Assembly (NCBI GenBank): GCA_041389085.1
Contig: JAWKSL010000001.1
Location: 102,765 to 166,764 of the forward strand
Direction of reading: 5' to 3'
Origin: Minisyncoccota bacterium
GTDB taxonomy: Bacteria; Patescibacteriota; Minisyncoccia; UBA6257; 1-14-0-10-44-23
DNA: 64,000 bases
Every line of letters begins with the position of its first letter. Position 1 is the stretch's first letter. The position numbers and the translations under genes were made by a program. Below, piece by piece: positions 38,432 through 48,431 of this stretch. The notes beneath the pieces were generated by a model. It was not told where the DNA came from and searched no databases. It saw only the letters and a program-made list of their open reading frames with translations.

Positions 38432-38527
38432 CTAACAGTCAGACTGAGCTTCACTACCGGGCAGGCCTGCTGGTTTGAACTTTGAATCAAGCTCAAATTT
38501 TACTTTTCGTCTTCCTTTGTTGGGCAT
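38432..38527 (-). pseudogene. Remnant of a second, diverged uvrB 5' end
   Basis: MPNKGRRKVKFELDSKFKPAG versus the UvrB start MPNRKNIKFELSSDFAPAG; then runs into a hairpin and stops. Confidence 0.65.
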
Positions 38528-38616
38528 TTATGAAATATGGTAAGCGCCCAGAATTTAGCCCTCTGGGTTAATGTATTGTTCCTGTGCGCACTTTTGCGCG
38601 CACAGGAAAGTCGAGG

Positions 38617-38790
38617 TCAGCTGAAGCGCCGAACGCCACACCTGCGACGGAAGACTCCTCCGGGCGTGACCCGAGAGCTACCGCCCCTTCTTGGTGCATG
38701 GAAGCTGGGAATACTTCGTGGCACCTTCGTTGTAGCCCTGGAGACCAGGGCACTGATGCCGACAAGCGCGATGAACCGTGCTGCGTCCAT
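38617..38790 (-). CDS. 57-aa basic GC-rich orphan (missed by ORF track)
   Basis: SD AAAAGGAGG; TTGACA-N17-GAAAAT inside the end of the upstream gene; hairpin TTCCTGTGCGC...GCGCACAGGAA after the stop. Confidence 0.55.
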   Translation of the reverse strand: MDAARFIALVGISALVSRATTKVPRSIPSFHAPRRGGSSRVTPGGVFRRRCGVRRFS

Positions 38791-38828
38791 GCTTTACGCC
38801 CCTCCTTTTGCAGGCGTCTTCTTATTTT

Positions 38829-39809
38829 CTATTCCTCAGCCTCTGGTGTCAAATTTACCCCGCGGACTTCTCCTCCACGCTCGATAAGGCGGTTTGCTTC
38901 AACGTTTTCCTTGAGCTTTATCATTTCATGAATTTCTTGAAGCTTTTGAGCCTGCTCTGCGCGCTGGTTTGCCTGGCGCAGAAGGGCTTGAGCGGCCTGC
39001 TTATTCTCTTCTGCTTTATCTAAAATTGAGCCTTCTCGTAGCGTCTTCTGACCTTCCTCTATTTTATCTTCGATGTCTTTTTGCGCGGCAGCGTGTACCT
39101 GCTCGCGAATTTTCTCGTAGCGTTTTCTGGCTGCTTCTATATTTTCTTGTGCCTTCAGCTCCTCTTCTTCAACGGTCATGTCGTCTTCGGCTACATACTC
39201 TGGTGGCGTAATGTTCTTTCGCATAAGCTGAATGCGCGACACAAACGAGTTTAGATTTTCGCTGTTTTCAAAATTTTCTACGATAGTTGAGACTACTTCT
39301 TCGTGAGTTTGTAGTTGAAGATTTATTTCCCCCTGCAATACGTACGCTGTTGTCGTAGCGAGCTGCGCAAGACTTTCATTTATACGCTCTGCTCTCTGGT
39401 TTACTTGGCTTTCTATATCTTTCTTTAGCTCTGCTTCAAGCCTTCCTTGAGCTGCAAGTATTTCTGCCTCTTTGAGGCGCTCCTCAAGAAGACGGGCGTT
39501 TGTTTTTGTCTTTGCCTGAGCTCCTACTGAAACCATTTCTTGCACTCGCTCGTTTACTTGAGTTTTAACAACGTAAAGCTTTTCCCCCGGAAGTGACCCC
39601 TGTGCTGCAAAGCTTGTACCTGCTGAGAGCATAATAATGAGAACTCCTGCTACTGGTGCATACCCAAAGTGCATAAAGTTTGCTCGCACTCCTTTTATAC
39701 GAGACGGATTTTGCGCCACAAACAAAAGTAGCTCACCTTTAATACCCTCTTTGGTTTTCCTTGAGAGTCTTATAGTTTTGCACTTTTTGAATTCTTTATT
39801 TAGTCTCAT
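38829..39809 (-). CDS. DUF5667-type membrane-anchored protein, putative anti-sigma factor
   Basis: TM then AQGSLPGEKLYVVKTQVNE..RLKEA; overlaps the end of the ECF sigma gene. Confidence 0.8.
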   Translation of the reverse strand: MRLNKEFKKCKTIRLSRKTKEGIKGELLLFVAQNPSRIKGVRANFMHFGYAPVAGVLIIMLSAGTSFAAQGSLPGEKLYVVKTQVNERVQEMVSVGAQAKTKTNARLLEERLKEAEILAAQGRLEAELKKDIESQVNQRAERINESLAQLATTTAYVLQGEINLQLQTHEEVVSTIVENFENSENLNSFVSRIQLMRKNITPPEYVAEDDMTVEEEELKAQENIEAARKRYEKIREQVHAAAQKDIEDKIEEGQKTLREGSILDKAEENKQAAQALLRQANQRAEQAQKLQEIHEMIKLKENVEANRLIERGGEVRGVNLTPEAEE

Positions 39810-40293
39810 ACGCTTTTTTGAGTTTTTGCACCGCCCTATGGATCCTTACCGAAACTACGTTTGTGGTGAGGTCGAGAAGACTTGCTATCTCCTTCGGCCT
39901 CAGATCATCTACAAACCGCATCAGTATCAGATCTTTATCTTCCGGCTCAAGCTCGTCGAGCTTATGCAGAAGCGCCTTTATGTCTGCTGCCTTCTCGATG
40001 TCTTTATGACTATCGTCTGAGACTTGCAAGCCATCGTCGGTGAGAGCGTCTAAGGACGACTCTTTCTTTTTTCTATAGTGGTCGATGATGAGGTTTGTAG
40101 CGACCCTATACAAAAATGCCCTTATGTTTTTGGGAGTTTCGTTTTCACGCATATACTCCCACGTCTTCATAAAGGTTTCCTGCATCAAATTCTCTGCAGT
40201 ATCCTTATCTGAAACACGAAAGTAGCAGTGCCTATAAATCGCGTCTGCGTATTTTTCGTATGCTTTTGAAAAAACTTTTTGGGGATTTTTCAT
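39796..40293 (-). CDS. ECF RNA polymerase sigma factor
   Basis: AENLMQETFMKTW, FLYRVATNLIIDHYRK, PKEIASLL..VSVRIHRA. Confidence 0.92.
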   Translation of the reverse strand: MKNPQKVFSKAYEKYADAIYRHCYFRVSDKDTAENLMQETFMKTWEYMRENETPKNIRAFLYRVATNLIIDHYRKKKESSLDALTDDGLQVSDDSHKDIEKAADIKALLHKLDELEPEDKDLILMRFVDDLRPKEIASLLDLTTNVVSVRIHRAVQKLKKAYETK

Positions 40294-40321
40294 TATCTTT
40301 GACGCTTTATAGCGCGTTTCC

Positions 40322-41002
40322 TTACTTTCCAAGGCGCTTTTCTCGCCTTAGAGCCTTACTAAGGGCTTTTCTTAAATCTGCTTTTGTAAATTGAGGCCAG
40401 AGCTTTTCAGTAAAATAGAAGTCGGTGTTTGCAGCCTGCCACATCATAAACCCTGCTGACCAGTGTGGTTCCCCTCCTGTGCGTATAACGAGGTCTAGGT
40501 CTGGGAGCGACCCAGTCTGAAGGTTTTTCCTAAACTCTTCTTCTCCCTTCTTCCCACCCATCTTACGGGCTGCCTCTAGCACTTCTTTCCTCCCATCGTA
40601 GCCGAAAAGAATTGTGAGAAAGTGATCTTTATTTTTCTCTGTTTTTTGCTCAAGCGCTGCTATGCACTTATCGAGCTCTTTATCTTTTACTATCTTAGCA
40701 CCGTCGCCAACTATTCTCACCTGCACTCCTTCGTCCATCAAATCGCTACTTTCTACCATTTCTTTTAGATAGCTTTTAAGGAGGCGCACCAAAAAGGCTA
40801 CTTCTTGCTTTGAGCGCTTCTGAAGATTGTCTATCGATGCAGCCCAAAAAGTAAGGTAGCGAACATCGTTCCTAAAACTCTCCTTCATAATCTGCTCAAA
40901 CTGAGCAGCTCCTTTTTTGTATCCGTTCCACAAACTAAGCTTCGCGCCGCGCGCAAAGCGCCTGTTTCCATCTGGAATTATTGCTACGTGGTTCAAACTC
41001 AT
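40322..41002 (-). CDS. uppS: Undecaprenyl diphosphate synthase
   Basis: HVAIIPDGNRR, SIDNLQKR, YDGRKE, DLVIRTGGE, LWPQF. Confidence 0.92.
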   Translation of the reverse strand: MSLNHVAIIPDGNRRFARGAKLSLWNGYKKGAAQFEQIMKESFRNDVRYLTFWAASIDNLQKRSKQEVAFLVRLLKSYLKEMVESSDLMDEGVQVRIVGDGAKIVKDKELDKCIAALEQKTEKNKDHFLTILFGYDGRKEVLEAARKMGGKKGEEEFRKNLQTGSLPDLDLVIRTGGEPHWSAGFMMWQAANTDFYFTEKLWPQFTKADLRKALSKALRREKRLGK

Positions 41003-41066
41003 GTCTTTCAAGAATATCACTATTTAAAAGTCGTGGGCGGGAACATTACTGCTCCCGCCCATGCGG

Positions 41067-41378
41067 TCAGCTGGCCCTGCGCAGCGGCGATACAATTCGC
41101 CGGCGCTTGTAGCCTGCTGACTGGAAGAAGTTCGGCGCCTTCCGGAAGATTCTCCCATCTGAGCTCTGATAGACCGTGAAGCGAAGCTCCTTGTCTGTCT
41201 TTGCCCTTTCAAGAAGAGTCCACAGAATGGACTTGGCGTTCTCAGGGATGTCGAGGACATGCACCTGCTTGCCGCCAATCTCGATAGGCCGAACTGCTGT
41301 GTCATGTGCGCCATCTGCCAGCGCACCTGCGAGGGCGTTTCGCGCCTTCTCGCTCTGCGTATATACGTACCATCGCAT
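41067..41378 (-). CDS. GC-rich orphan inserted between uppP and uppS
   Basis: SD-like GGAAAGG, hairpin 41033-41062 after the stop. Confidence 0.65.
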   Translation of the reverse strand: MRWYVYTQSEKARNALAGALADGAHDTAVRPIEIGGKQVHVLDIPENAKSILWTLLERAKTDKELRFTVYQSSDGRIFRKAPNFFQSAGYKRRRIVSPLRRAS

Positions 41379-41450
41379 CGCAATGCCTTTCCGCAGGCTA
41401 GGAATCTAACCCAGCACGAAACTATGACAGCTTTACTCAAAAAGTAAAGT

Positions 41451-42221
41451 CTAAATGTTGAAAAGTAGAATGAAGGCGAGGATAGCGAATGCTATGCGGT
41501 AGTAGCCGAATGCTTTGAAGTCGTTTTGCTGAATGAACTTCAGAAGAAACTTTACTGCGGCGAGGGCAACAACGAAAGACACGGCGCATCCGATCAGCAG
41601 AAGCCTTATCTGCTCTGCGGTAAATACTGGAGCTGTCTTGAGAAGGTCGAGCCCGGTTGCAGCTGCCATCGTTGGGATGGCCAGAAGGAAAGAAAACTCC
41701 ACAATTGCTCTGCGGCTCAATCCAAGGCCAATACCACCCAAAATCGTTGCTGCGGCTCTTGATACTCCTGGTACTATGGCAAGGCTCTGAAAGAGGCCGA
41801 TGCTTACTGCTTGTTTTATTGTTATGTCCTTTACCTCTGTGCCTTCTTTTTCTTTGAACATGTATTCGAAAATGATGATTGCTACTCCTCCGAGAAAGAG
41901 AGCGTAAAGCACCGTTGTGGTAGAGCCAAGCAAGACGCTTTTTACAATTGGGTATGCAAGGAGTCCGATAACTGCTGTTGGTATAAAGGCGCAGAGCACT
42001 TTTATAAACGTATCTTTATCGAGCAGAAGACGCCTCCAGTATAAAAAGAGTACGGCAAGGATGGCTCCAAGCTGTATTGCTATTTCAAATGTAGTTAAAA
42101 AGCTGCTTTGCTCAACGGCGAGAGCCTTTGCTGCTATAATTAAGTGGCCTGTTGAAGATATTGGCAAAAACTCAGTAATACCTTCGACAATACCTAGGAT
42201 AATTGCTTGCAGAACTGTCAT
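41451..42221 (-). CDS. uppP: Undecaprenyl-diphosphatase
   Basis: GIVEGITEFLPISSTGH, IQLGAILAV, PGVSRA, EFSFLLAIP, FGYYR. Confidence 0.97.
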   Translation of the reverse strand: MTVLQAIILGIVEGITEFLPISSTGHLIIAAKALAVEQSSFLTTFEIAIQLGAILAVLFLYWRRLLLDKDTFIKVLCAFIPTAVIGLLAYPIVKSVLLGSTTTVLYALFLGGVAIIIFEYMFKEKEGTEVKDITIKQAVSIGLFQSLAIVPGVSRAAATILGGIGLGLSRRAIVEFSFLLAIPTMAAATGLDLLKTAPVFTAEQIRLLLIGCAVSFVVALAAVKFLLKFIQQNDFKAFGYYRIAFAILAFILLFNI

Positions 42222-42241
42222 TAGAACTATATTAGCAAATT

Positions 42242-42499
42242 ATGGACTCACTTTTGAAATCTGACATATTTTTTATCGTGACTACGGCTATGGTCATACT
42301 TGTGGCCCTTGCTGTACTTGTAATTCTTTTTTACCTCTTTCGTATTGTACGCACTGCAAAGAAGGTGTCTGACGAGGTAGCAAAAACCGTAGACCATATC
42401 GCAAAAGATACCGAGAAAGCTCGCTCAAAAATTAAAACCACTGGGCTTTCTGGAGTAGTTGAGATAATAGCCGGAACAAAAAAGAAAAAGCGTAAATAG
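42242..42499 (+). CDS. Small membrane protein
   Basis: SDIFFIVTT TM segment plus coiled coil. Confidence 0.8.
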   Translation: MDSLLKSDIFFIVTTAMVILVALAVLVILFYLFRIVRTAKKVSDEVAKTVDHIAKDTEKARSKIKTTGLSGVVEIIAGTKKKKRK

Positions 42500-42502
42500 C
42501 TT

Positions 42503-43318
42503 ATGTTTCTCAGCCCCGTAATTCGCCAAGCGCTTACATCGATGAGGGAAGACAAAACTCATCGGCTTGGCGCTGCGCTTGCCTACTACTCTTTGTTTTC
42601 CCTTGTTCCACTTCTCCTTTTTCTTCTCTTTATATTTGGAGGGCTTCTTTCACAGCCTGGCGTGCAGTTGGGGGTGCTCAATAGCGTAGGACAATACTTC
42701 GGCGCTCCAGTAAAGGAGCTCCTTGGCTCTGTTCTTTCTAATGTGCAGTCTGTCCGAATAGAAGGAGTTTATGGGCTCATACTCCTTGGTGTGCTCCTTT
42801 TTAGCGCAACTGGGGCATTCCGCCACCTAAAAGAGTCTATGAACATTATCTGGCACATATCGGAGGTGCCGCGCTTTTCTATACTTACCACCATCTATAA
42901 AAACTCTCTTGCCCTTTTTATGATTTTCTTCACTGGACTGCTCATGCTTGTTTCTATGAGCTTCACTGTCGCCTTCTCCTCCGTACTCGAACAAGGGCTT
43001 TTAAGCTTTAGAGTTTTTGAGGCAATCAACTTCCTATTTACCCTCTCTATCACTTCCGTAGTTTTTGCGCTGATGTTTTCAAGCCTGCCTGACAAAACTC
43101 TGTCATTCAAAGAGATGTTTCTTCCTGGATTTATAACAGCCCTTTTGTTTGTGCTTGTTAAGATACCTTTTGGTATCTACTTAGGACTAAGCAATATAAC
43201 CACAACATTTGGAGCTGCTGGTTCGATGGTGGTGTTCCTTCTCTGGATCTATGTAAGTGCCCAAATTTTCCTTTTCGGAGCTGAGCTTTCGCGAGCTCAC
43301 TATCTTTCGAAGAAATAA
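42503..43318 (+). CDS. YihY/BrkB family membrane protein
   Basis: GAALAYYSLFSLVP, MNIIW, FGAAGS..LLWIYVSAQIFLFGAE. Confidence 0.92.
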   Translation: MFLSPVIRQALTSMREDKTHRLGAALAYYSLFSLVPLLLFLLFIFGGLLSQPGVQLGVLNSVGQYFGAPVKELLGSVLSNVQSVRIEGVYGLILLGVLLFSATGAFRHLKESMNIIWHISEVPRFSILTTIYKNSLALFMIFFTGLLMLVSMSFTVAFSSVLEQGLLSFRVFEAINFLFTLSITSVVFALMFSSLPDKTLSFKEMFLPGFITALLFVLVKIPFGIYLGLSNITTTFGAAGSMVVFLLWIYVSAQIFLFGAELSRAHYLSKK

Positions 43319-43348
43319 AAAAGTGCCCATTCCTGGGCACTTTTTCGT

Positions 43349-43744
43349 CTAGTTCTGGTCGCCTGTACAGTGTGCGCACTTCGTCGCTTCGATGTTGATT
43401 TTTTCTTTGCAGAATCTGCAGGTTTTTGTTGTTGGCGCTGCGGGCTCTTCATCTTTTTCATTGAGCTTGTTTATGGCCTTTACTACAAGGAATATTGAAA
43501 ATGCGATGATAATAAACTCTATCAAAGCATTGATAAAGTTTCCGTACATGATTGCTGAGGTTTCCGTAAGTGGAATGCTGAGATTTGAGAAGTCTATCTT
43601 TCCGGTAAAGATGGAAAGGATAGGGTTTATAAGATCGTTTACTACTGAGCTTACTATTTTCCCAAACGCAGCTCCGATTACAACACCGACTGCAAGATCT
43701 ACGGCGTTGCCCTTAATGGCGAACTTTTTGAATTCTTCAATCAT
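43349..43744 (-). CDS. mscL: Large-conductance mechanosensitive channel with C-terminal zinc ribbon
   Basis: [35 protein letters not shown]; CRFC..CAHC tail. Confidence 0.95.
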   Translation of the reverse strand: MIEEFKKFAIKGNAVDLAVGVVIGAAFGKIVSSVVNDLINPILSIFTGKIDFSNLSIPLTETSAIMYGNFINALIEFIIIAFSIFLVVKAINKLNEKDEEPAAPTTKTCRFCKEKINIEATKCAHCTGDQN

Positions 43745-43757
43745 AGTTTTATAGTTT

Positions 43758-44921
43758 TTACTTTTTAGGACTTTCGAGACGCAGCCAGCCTTGTATAAGC
43801 AGTGGGCCTACAAAGGTGGTGATTGCTGAAAGTATTACTAACGATGATATCAAGTCTTCGTGAATAATACCAAGCTCAAGCCCTGAAAATGCTACTGCGA
43901 GCGTAGTCGATAGCTGAGGTATGCCAGCTACCCCCATCAGACCCGCCTCCTTTGGCGGAATCCTGTTGAGACGTCCAGCGAGATAACCAGCCACAAACTT
44001 TGCTAATATGAGCGCTGCGACAGTAGCTACTGTGAGGTTAAGTATGTTTTTATCTGCGCTCGTAAATGCACTGATATCTATCTTTGCTCCTACAACCATG
44101 AAAAATATCGGGATAAATAGTCCGTAGCTTATTGCTGAAAGCTTACCCTTGAGCTGATCTTTGCGTACAGAGTCTGAAAGAATAAGCCCTGCAAGGAAGC
44201 CTCCAACAATTGGGTGAAGTCCTACGATTTGAAAAGCTATAACTGAACCAAGGAGCATGACGAGTACAACCTGAAGCTCGTGCCCACCTTTTTGCTCATC
44301 TGCAAAAAGAAATCCCATAACTTTTTCTACTGGTTTTTTAATCCAGCGCAGCCCAGCGAAAAGCACCAAAATAAGCGGGTACAAAACCCCTGGCTGAATT
44401 GGGCTGAGGTCGTTTGTCGTTTGGAAAATTAGAGAGAGAAGGAAAAGGCTTGAGATGTCGAGCACAATTGTCGTATCGACAATGAGCTTGCCTACTTTTG
44501 TGCCGAGCTTGCCTGCCCTCTCGAGGGTAGGAATAACAACTGCTACCGATGAAGATATAAAGATAACTCCCAAAAGCACAGAGGCATTTCTTCCAAGCTC
44601 GAAGAAATTTCCTACTCCAAAACCGGCAAGGAATGGGATGGTAATACCGAGCGCCGCTGCAATAACAATCTCCTTCTTTAGCCCTGCAAAGCTTGAGAGT
44701 CGTGCCTCAAGTCCGGCCATAAACATAAGAAAGATAAGCCCGATCTCTGCGATAAAGAGCACTGTTTCGTTTAGGGAAACGAGCGCGAGCCCCTGAGGAC
44801 CGACTACTATTCCAGCAACAATCAACGCTACCACCCAAGGAAGATGGAAGCGATTAAAAATTTCAGAGAAAAAGAGTCCTGCAAAGAGAATGATAAAGAA
44901 AGAAAGTAGTGCTGAGGCCAT
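43758..44921 (-). CDS. CPA2 cation:proton antiporter
   Basis: [32 protein letters not shown]. Confidence 0.9.
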   Translation of the reverse strand: MASALLSFFIILFAGLFFSEIFNRFHLPWVVALIVAGIVVGPQGLALVSLNETVLFIAEIGLIFLMFMAGLEARLSSFAGLKKEIVIAAALGITIPFLAGFGVGNFFELGRNASVLLGVIFISSSVAVVIPTLERAGKLGTKVGKLIVDTTIVLDISSLFLLSLIFQTTNDLSPIQPGVLYPLILVLFAGLRWIKKPVEKVMGFLFADEQKGGHELQVVLVMLLGSVIAFQIVGLHPIVGGFLAGLILSDSVRKDQLKGKLSAISYGLFIPIFFMVVGAKIDISAFTSADKNILNLTVATVAALILAKFVAGYLAGRLNRIPPKEAGLMGVAGIPQLSTTLAVAFSGLELGIIHEDLISSLVILSAITTFVGPLLIQGWLRLESPKK

Positions 44922-44926
44922 TTGGT

Positions 44927-45607
44927 CTACTTTTGTTTGTCTTTTTTCTTGAGGGCTTTTAGCTCTTCGTCTACCTTACTTTCTGCGCGATAGAAGCGCA
45001 TGAATGAAAACGTCACAATTCCCCCAAACACAATACCGATTGTGTTCATAAAGAATACGAGAAGAAAAAATCTTGATAGCGCAAACCCTGTCCCTGCTAG
45101 CCCAATACCGATAAGGCTCAGTGGTGGCACTAAAGAGACTGCTACTGCTATACCTGGAAGAATATCTGAGCTATTGCGGTGTGCAAAAGCGAAAGTTGCT
45201 GCTGCTCCTGAGCAGAGCGCCACGATAAAGTAGAGCACTGCTGTGCGCATCGTATCTGCAAAAAAGAAATCTTGTGGTGGTTGCCCAAAGATAAAGCGAA
45301 GGAGAAATCCTGAGAAAACAATAAACCCAAATGATTTGAGGAGAAAGAAAGACATTCTCCTGAGCAACTCTCCTCTGCCGACTGTTATAGCAAGGGCTAT
45401 AGCAATAATCGGAGTGAGGACTGGTGTTACTATCATGCCTCCGATCACAATTGCTGAGTTTGAGAGTAAAAGGCCGCTCGTGATAATAAGGCTCGAAACA
45501 AAGAGGAGAAAATAGTATGTAAACGATGGTTGGCTCTTTGCTATAAGCTCATCTACGGTGTGAAATTGCTGCTTTTTTGTCGGTACAGCGGTTCTTTTTA
45601 GTGCCAT
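44927..45607 (-). CDS. DUF389 family membrane protein
   Basis: GLLLSNSAIVIGGMIVTP, PGIAVAVSLVPPL. Confidence 0.88.
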   Translation of the reverse strand: MALKRTAVPTKKQQFHTVDELIAKSQPSFTYYFLLFVSSLIITSGLLLSNSAIVIGGMIVTPVLTPIIAIALAITVGRGELLRRMSFFLLKSFGFIVFSGFLLRFIFGQPPQDFFFADTMRTAVLYFIVALCSGAAATFAFAHRNSSDILPGIAVAVSLVPPLSLIGIGLAGTGFALSRFFLLVFFMNTIGIVFGGIVTFSFMRFYRAESKVDEELKALKKKDKQK

Positions 45608-45626
45608 ATATGGCTTAGTATAGCAT

Positions 45627-46214
45627 TTAGAGCACTAATTTTGTCATATCGATGGTTAAAATTTCGTGAAGCGGGGCAAAGTTTTCTGCCTGCTCCTCTA
45701 CTGTGCGTGTATAGACGTGCACAATGTCTGCGTTTTGCGTTACAACAAACTCGGTGCCTGCTCCCGCCCACCAGCACATAGCAAATGAGCGCGGCTCTCC
45801 TTCTGTACCGCTCATATCGAGGCTGCTCTTCATTTCACTGCAGGTGCCCTGGTGCGTACCAAGCTTAAACCCACCGAGTTTTATTGGGCGGCCATCTATC
45901 TGGAAGTCGTCTAGGTAAATCCTCACGAGTGAATACGGTAGCTCCCCTGCCTGTTCAAGCTCAAAGAACTCCCAGCGAATTTTTGAAAATGAATATGTCT
46001 CGCTACGCACCTGCTGGTACATGTATCCAGCATCAGCACCATCGGTCGCTCCGATGTCGGTAATATCGAAAGGCTTCTCTTGTGCTACCTGCTCCTCGCT
46101 CTCCTGCTGTTCCTGTTTCTCTCCTTCTGGCTCTTTTTTAGGTTTTTGACTAACAAGAATTGGCAGTACGGCTAACAACACTATTGCAGTTACTATGAGT
46201 GTATTTCTTTTCAT
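45627..46214 (-). CDS. Membrane-anchored hypothetical protein
   Basis: N-terminal TM, GTC...CWWAGAG. Confidence 0.8.
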   Translation of the reverse strand: MKRNTLIVTAIVLLAVLPILVSQKPKKEPEGEKQEQQESEEQVAQEKPFDITDIGATDGADAGYMYQQVRSETYSFSKIRWEFFELEQAGELPYSLVRIYLDDFQIDGRPIKLGGFKLGTHQGTCSEMKSSLDMSGTEGEPRSFAMCWWAGAGTEFVVTQNADIVHVYTRTVEEQAENFAPLHEILTIDMTKLVL

Positions 46215-46966
46215 TGCAGTATATTGTCTTGATCGAGGACAAAAACCTCCTCTTTGTCTTTTGCTCTTACAGTATACTCTCCTGCTTTAAGCCCGTATAT
46301 ATCAAGTGTCACTGATTCTTCGAATGGTACAAGTGCTTGCGTACAGAGCGCCTCTGCATCTCTCGCTGTCGCTACATCAATAGTGAATTGCTTGCCCACT
46401 GCGCTAAAGCGCGACTTTACGCTCTCTATCTGCGTACATCCGTCTGCTAGACTCCCTTTTACGATCGCTCTCATTTGAAGAGGGAAAGACTCAAGCATGA
46501 GAAGGTCTATGCCGTCTACGTAGTAAATTCCCTCTACTAAATCTCCTCCAAGCGAAAATGTTTGCACTTGCTCTGAGGCGATCACAATATAATCCCCTCT
46601 CTCTAAACCACTTGTATCGAGCGGTACTTCGCGCGTGAAGTTTCTTGTTCCACTTTCACACTTTTTATTTTCATCTCTTTGGGCAATAACGCTTATATCG
46701 AAGGTGGCCGTACTTGTGTCGCGTAGTGTTTCTACTTGTAGCACCTCTGTGCAACTATCTTTTAGCGTCCCTTCAATATATGCGACTGCGGTATCGCCCT
46801 GGACTTCCACTGAAAGTTCATCGGTGCGTGCTATCACAGTCACTTTTCCATCCTGCTCTTCAAGAATAAGCTCTCCTGATTTGCTAAAGTCGCGCGAAGT
46901 TATCGCCCAGCTAAAAAATGCCAGCGCCACAAGGAAAAATACTACTACTAAGCTCATTCGCTTCAT
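46211..46966 (-). CDS. Exported protein with two similar beta domains
   Basis: Repeated G.L.D.CT ... C ... F...V.LD..GL..G.Y.V.A unit. Confidence 0.8.
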   Translation of the reverse strand: MKRMSLVVVFFLVALAFFSWAITSRDFSKSGELILEEQDGKVTVIARTDELSVEVQGDTAVAYIEGTLKDSCTEVLQVETLRDTSTATFDISVIAQRDENKKCESGTRNFTREVPLDTSGLERGDYIVIASEQVQTFSLGGDLVEGIYYVDGIDLLMLESFPLQMRAIVKGSLADGCTQIESVKSRFSAVGKQFTIDVATARDAEALCTQALVPFEESVTLDIYGLKAGEYTVRAKDKEEVFVLDQDNILQ

Positions 46967-47022
46967 TGGCGTGATAATACCATGCGCTCCCCCGCATACC
47001 AAAAAGGCCCTTGCGGGCCTTT

Positions 47023-47538
47023 TTATGGAATGAAGCTTTGCATTGTTTGGAACTGCACGTCGCTTGGTGGATCGAATTGACTGTCTGATACAGCAGTTTG
47101 CTCACAGAAGTCTTTAAACCTCTCTATTTCTGCCTTTATCTCAGCTCGGCTCTGCACTCCTGCACTCATCGCATCGTCTCCTGACTCTACCTCAACCTCT
47201 GGCACTTCGAAGATAAAGCCTATCTTTTCATCTGCTTGCCAGAAGTATGCAGTCTGGTCTTTATAGATAATGTGAAACTTTTGTCCGAGCTCATCTACGG
47301 TGTCTACACGCAGACTGTCGCCTTTTATGTAGGTTACTGAACTTGCGTCTACATCTGGAAGCTCGTACTCGCAGCGCACTGAAACCTCTCCTTTAAATGC
47401 AGCTGTAATTACGTCGAAAATGTCTCCTGACATTTCTTCTGTTGCCTCTTCTGGTCCGGTTGTGTCTTTACCGCCAAGAATTGCTAATGCAATGATGGCA
47501 AGCACAACGATGATTCCAATTAGAATGTGTTTTTTCAT
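47023..47538 (-). CDS. Membrane-anchored hypothetical protein
   Basis: TM, SVRCEY, VSDSQFDPPSDVQF. Confidence 0.8.
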   Translation of the reverse strand: MKKHILIGIIVVLAIIALAILGGKDTTGPEEATEEMSGDIFDVITAAFKGEVSVRCEYELPDVDASSVTYIKGDSLRVDTVDELGQKFHIIYKDQTAYFWQADEKIGFIFEVPEVEVESGDDAMSAGVQSRAEIKAEIERFKDFCEQTAVSDSQFDPPSDVQFQTMQSFIP

Positions 47539-47558
47539 AGTGCTTTGACTATAGCACA

Positions 47559-47849
47559 CTAGAGGCTGAGTAAGTCCTGTATTTCCTCTGCGTATTCAGG
47601 GAAATACAAACTTATTTCCATAAGGCTAAACTGTGGCAAAATTCGCTCCTTGTCCTGGCGCTCTAGTAGAAACTCAAAGCTTTTTTTAATAAGAATTTCT
47701 GGCTTCACCTGAGCTGCGGTTATGTTTTCATAGTCTCGCGCAGTGAGCTCCACCTCGTGTGTGCTCGAATCGCCATCTTCTCCCACTACAACCTCGAAAA
47801 TCCAGCCTCCTGGGAGTCTATCTTTTTCTTCAATAATTATTTCTTCCAT
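47559..47849 (-). CDS. Conserved hypothetical protein
   Basis: SFEFLLER...IL..F.L..I..YFPEY motif. Confidence 0.8.
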   Translation of the reverse strand: MEEIIIEEKDRLPGGWIFEVVVGEDGDSSTHEVELTARDYENITAAQVKPEILIKKSFEFLLERQDKERILPQFSLMEISLYFPEYAEEIQDLLSL

Positions 47850-47927
47850 GATGGAAAAAATTGTAACAGAAAAAACACCCTCGTGTTAGCAGGGTGCTTT
47901 TTCTGTGGAAAACAACCAATAGCTGGT

Positions 47928-48146
47928 TTACATTCCTCCTTTGCCTTTGCACATAGTGCAGCACTTCTTGTGACTTGCAAGCTCGTAAATTGCTGAGAGA
48001 CCAACAAGGATGTATACGATGCGAGCAACCATTCCGTCCATTCCTCCAAGTACCCAGTGACCAAGCTCAGCTCCAAAGATTGCAAACAAGAGCCAGTTGA
48101 TTCCTCCGATAATAAGAAGGATGAATGTTATCATGTGTAGTTTCAT
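47928..48146 (-). CDS. DUF378 family small membrane protein
   Basis: LLIIGGINWLL, RIVYILVGLSAIY; start at ATG 48146. Confidence 0.88.
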   Translation of the reverse strand: MKLHMITFILLIIGGINWLLFAIFGAELGHWVLGGMDGMVARIVYILVGLSAIYELASHKKCCTMCKGKGGM

Positions 48147-48280
48147 AAGATTTTCAAGAATCTTTATGTGCGACCTTTCTCTACTTTCTTCATTAATTAT
48201 ACGATTTTTAGCCATTTTTAGGGGTTTTTTTGGGGATAAGGGCTGTAATAACCGCTCCAGATGTACGTTATACTAGTTAT

Positions 48281-48412
48281 GAGGTTTAGAACGGTGACAG
48301 GAGGAACGTAAGTGACTCCTTCGCGGATTTTTCCGATAGGCGTTCCAAGCCTCGCTTGAAAACCAGGCCCCACTGCACATTTTTATAGTGTCTAGTGGGG
48401 CCTGGTTTTTTA
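48281..48412 (+). ncRNA. Candidate small three-way-junction ncRNA plus terminator
   Basis: TATACT 7 nt upstream; closing helix 48281-48293/48341-48353; two internal hairpins; strong terminator 48359-48412. Confidence 0.5.
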
Positions 48413-48431
48413 AATTTGCTATTCTATACAC

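Noticed and set aside
38579-38830. RNase P RNA (AGGAAAGTC motif on the plus strand)
   Set aside because: No matching 3' P4 strand; better explained by a minus-strand SD-led 57-aa ORF and its terminator.
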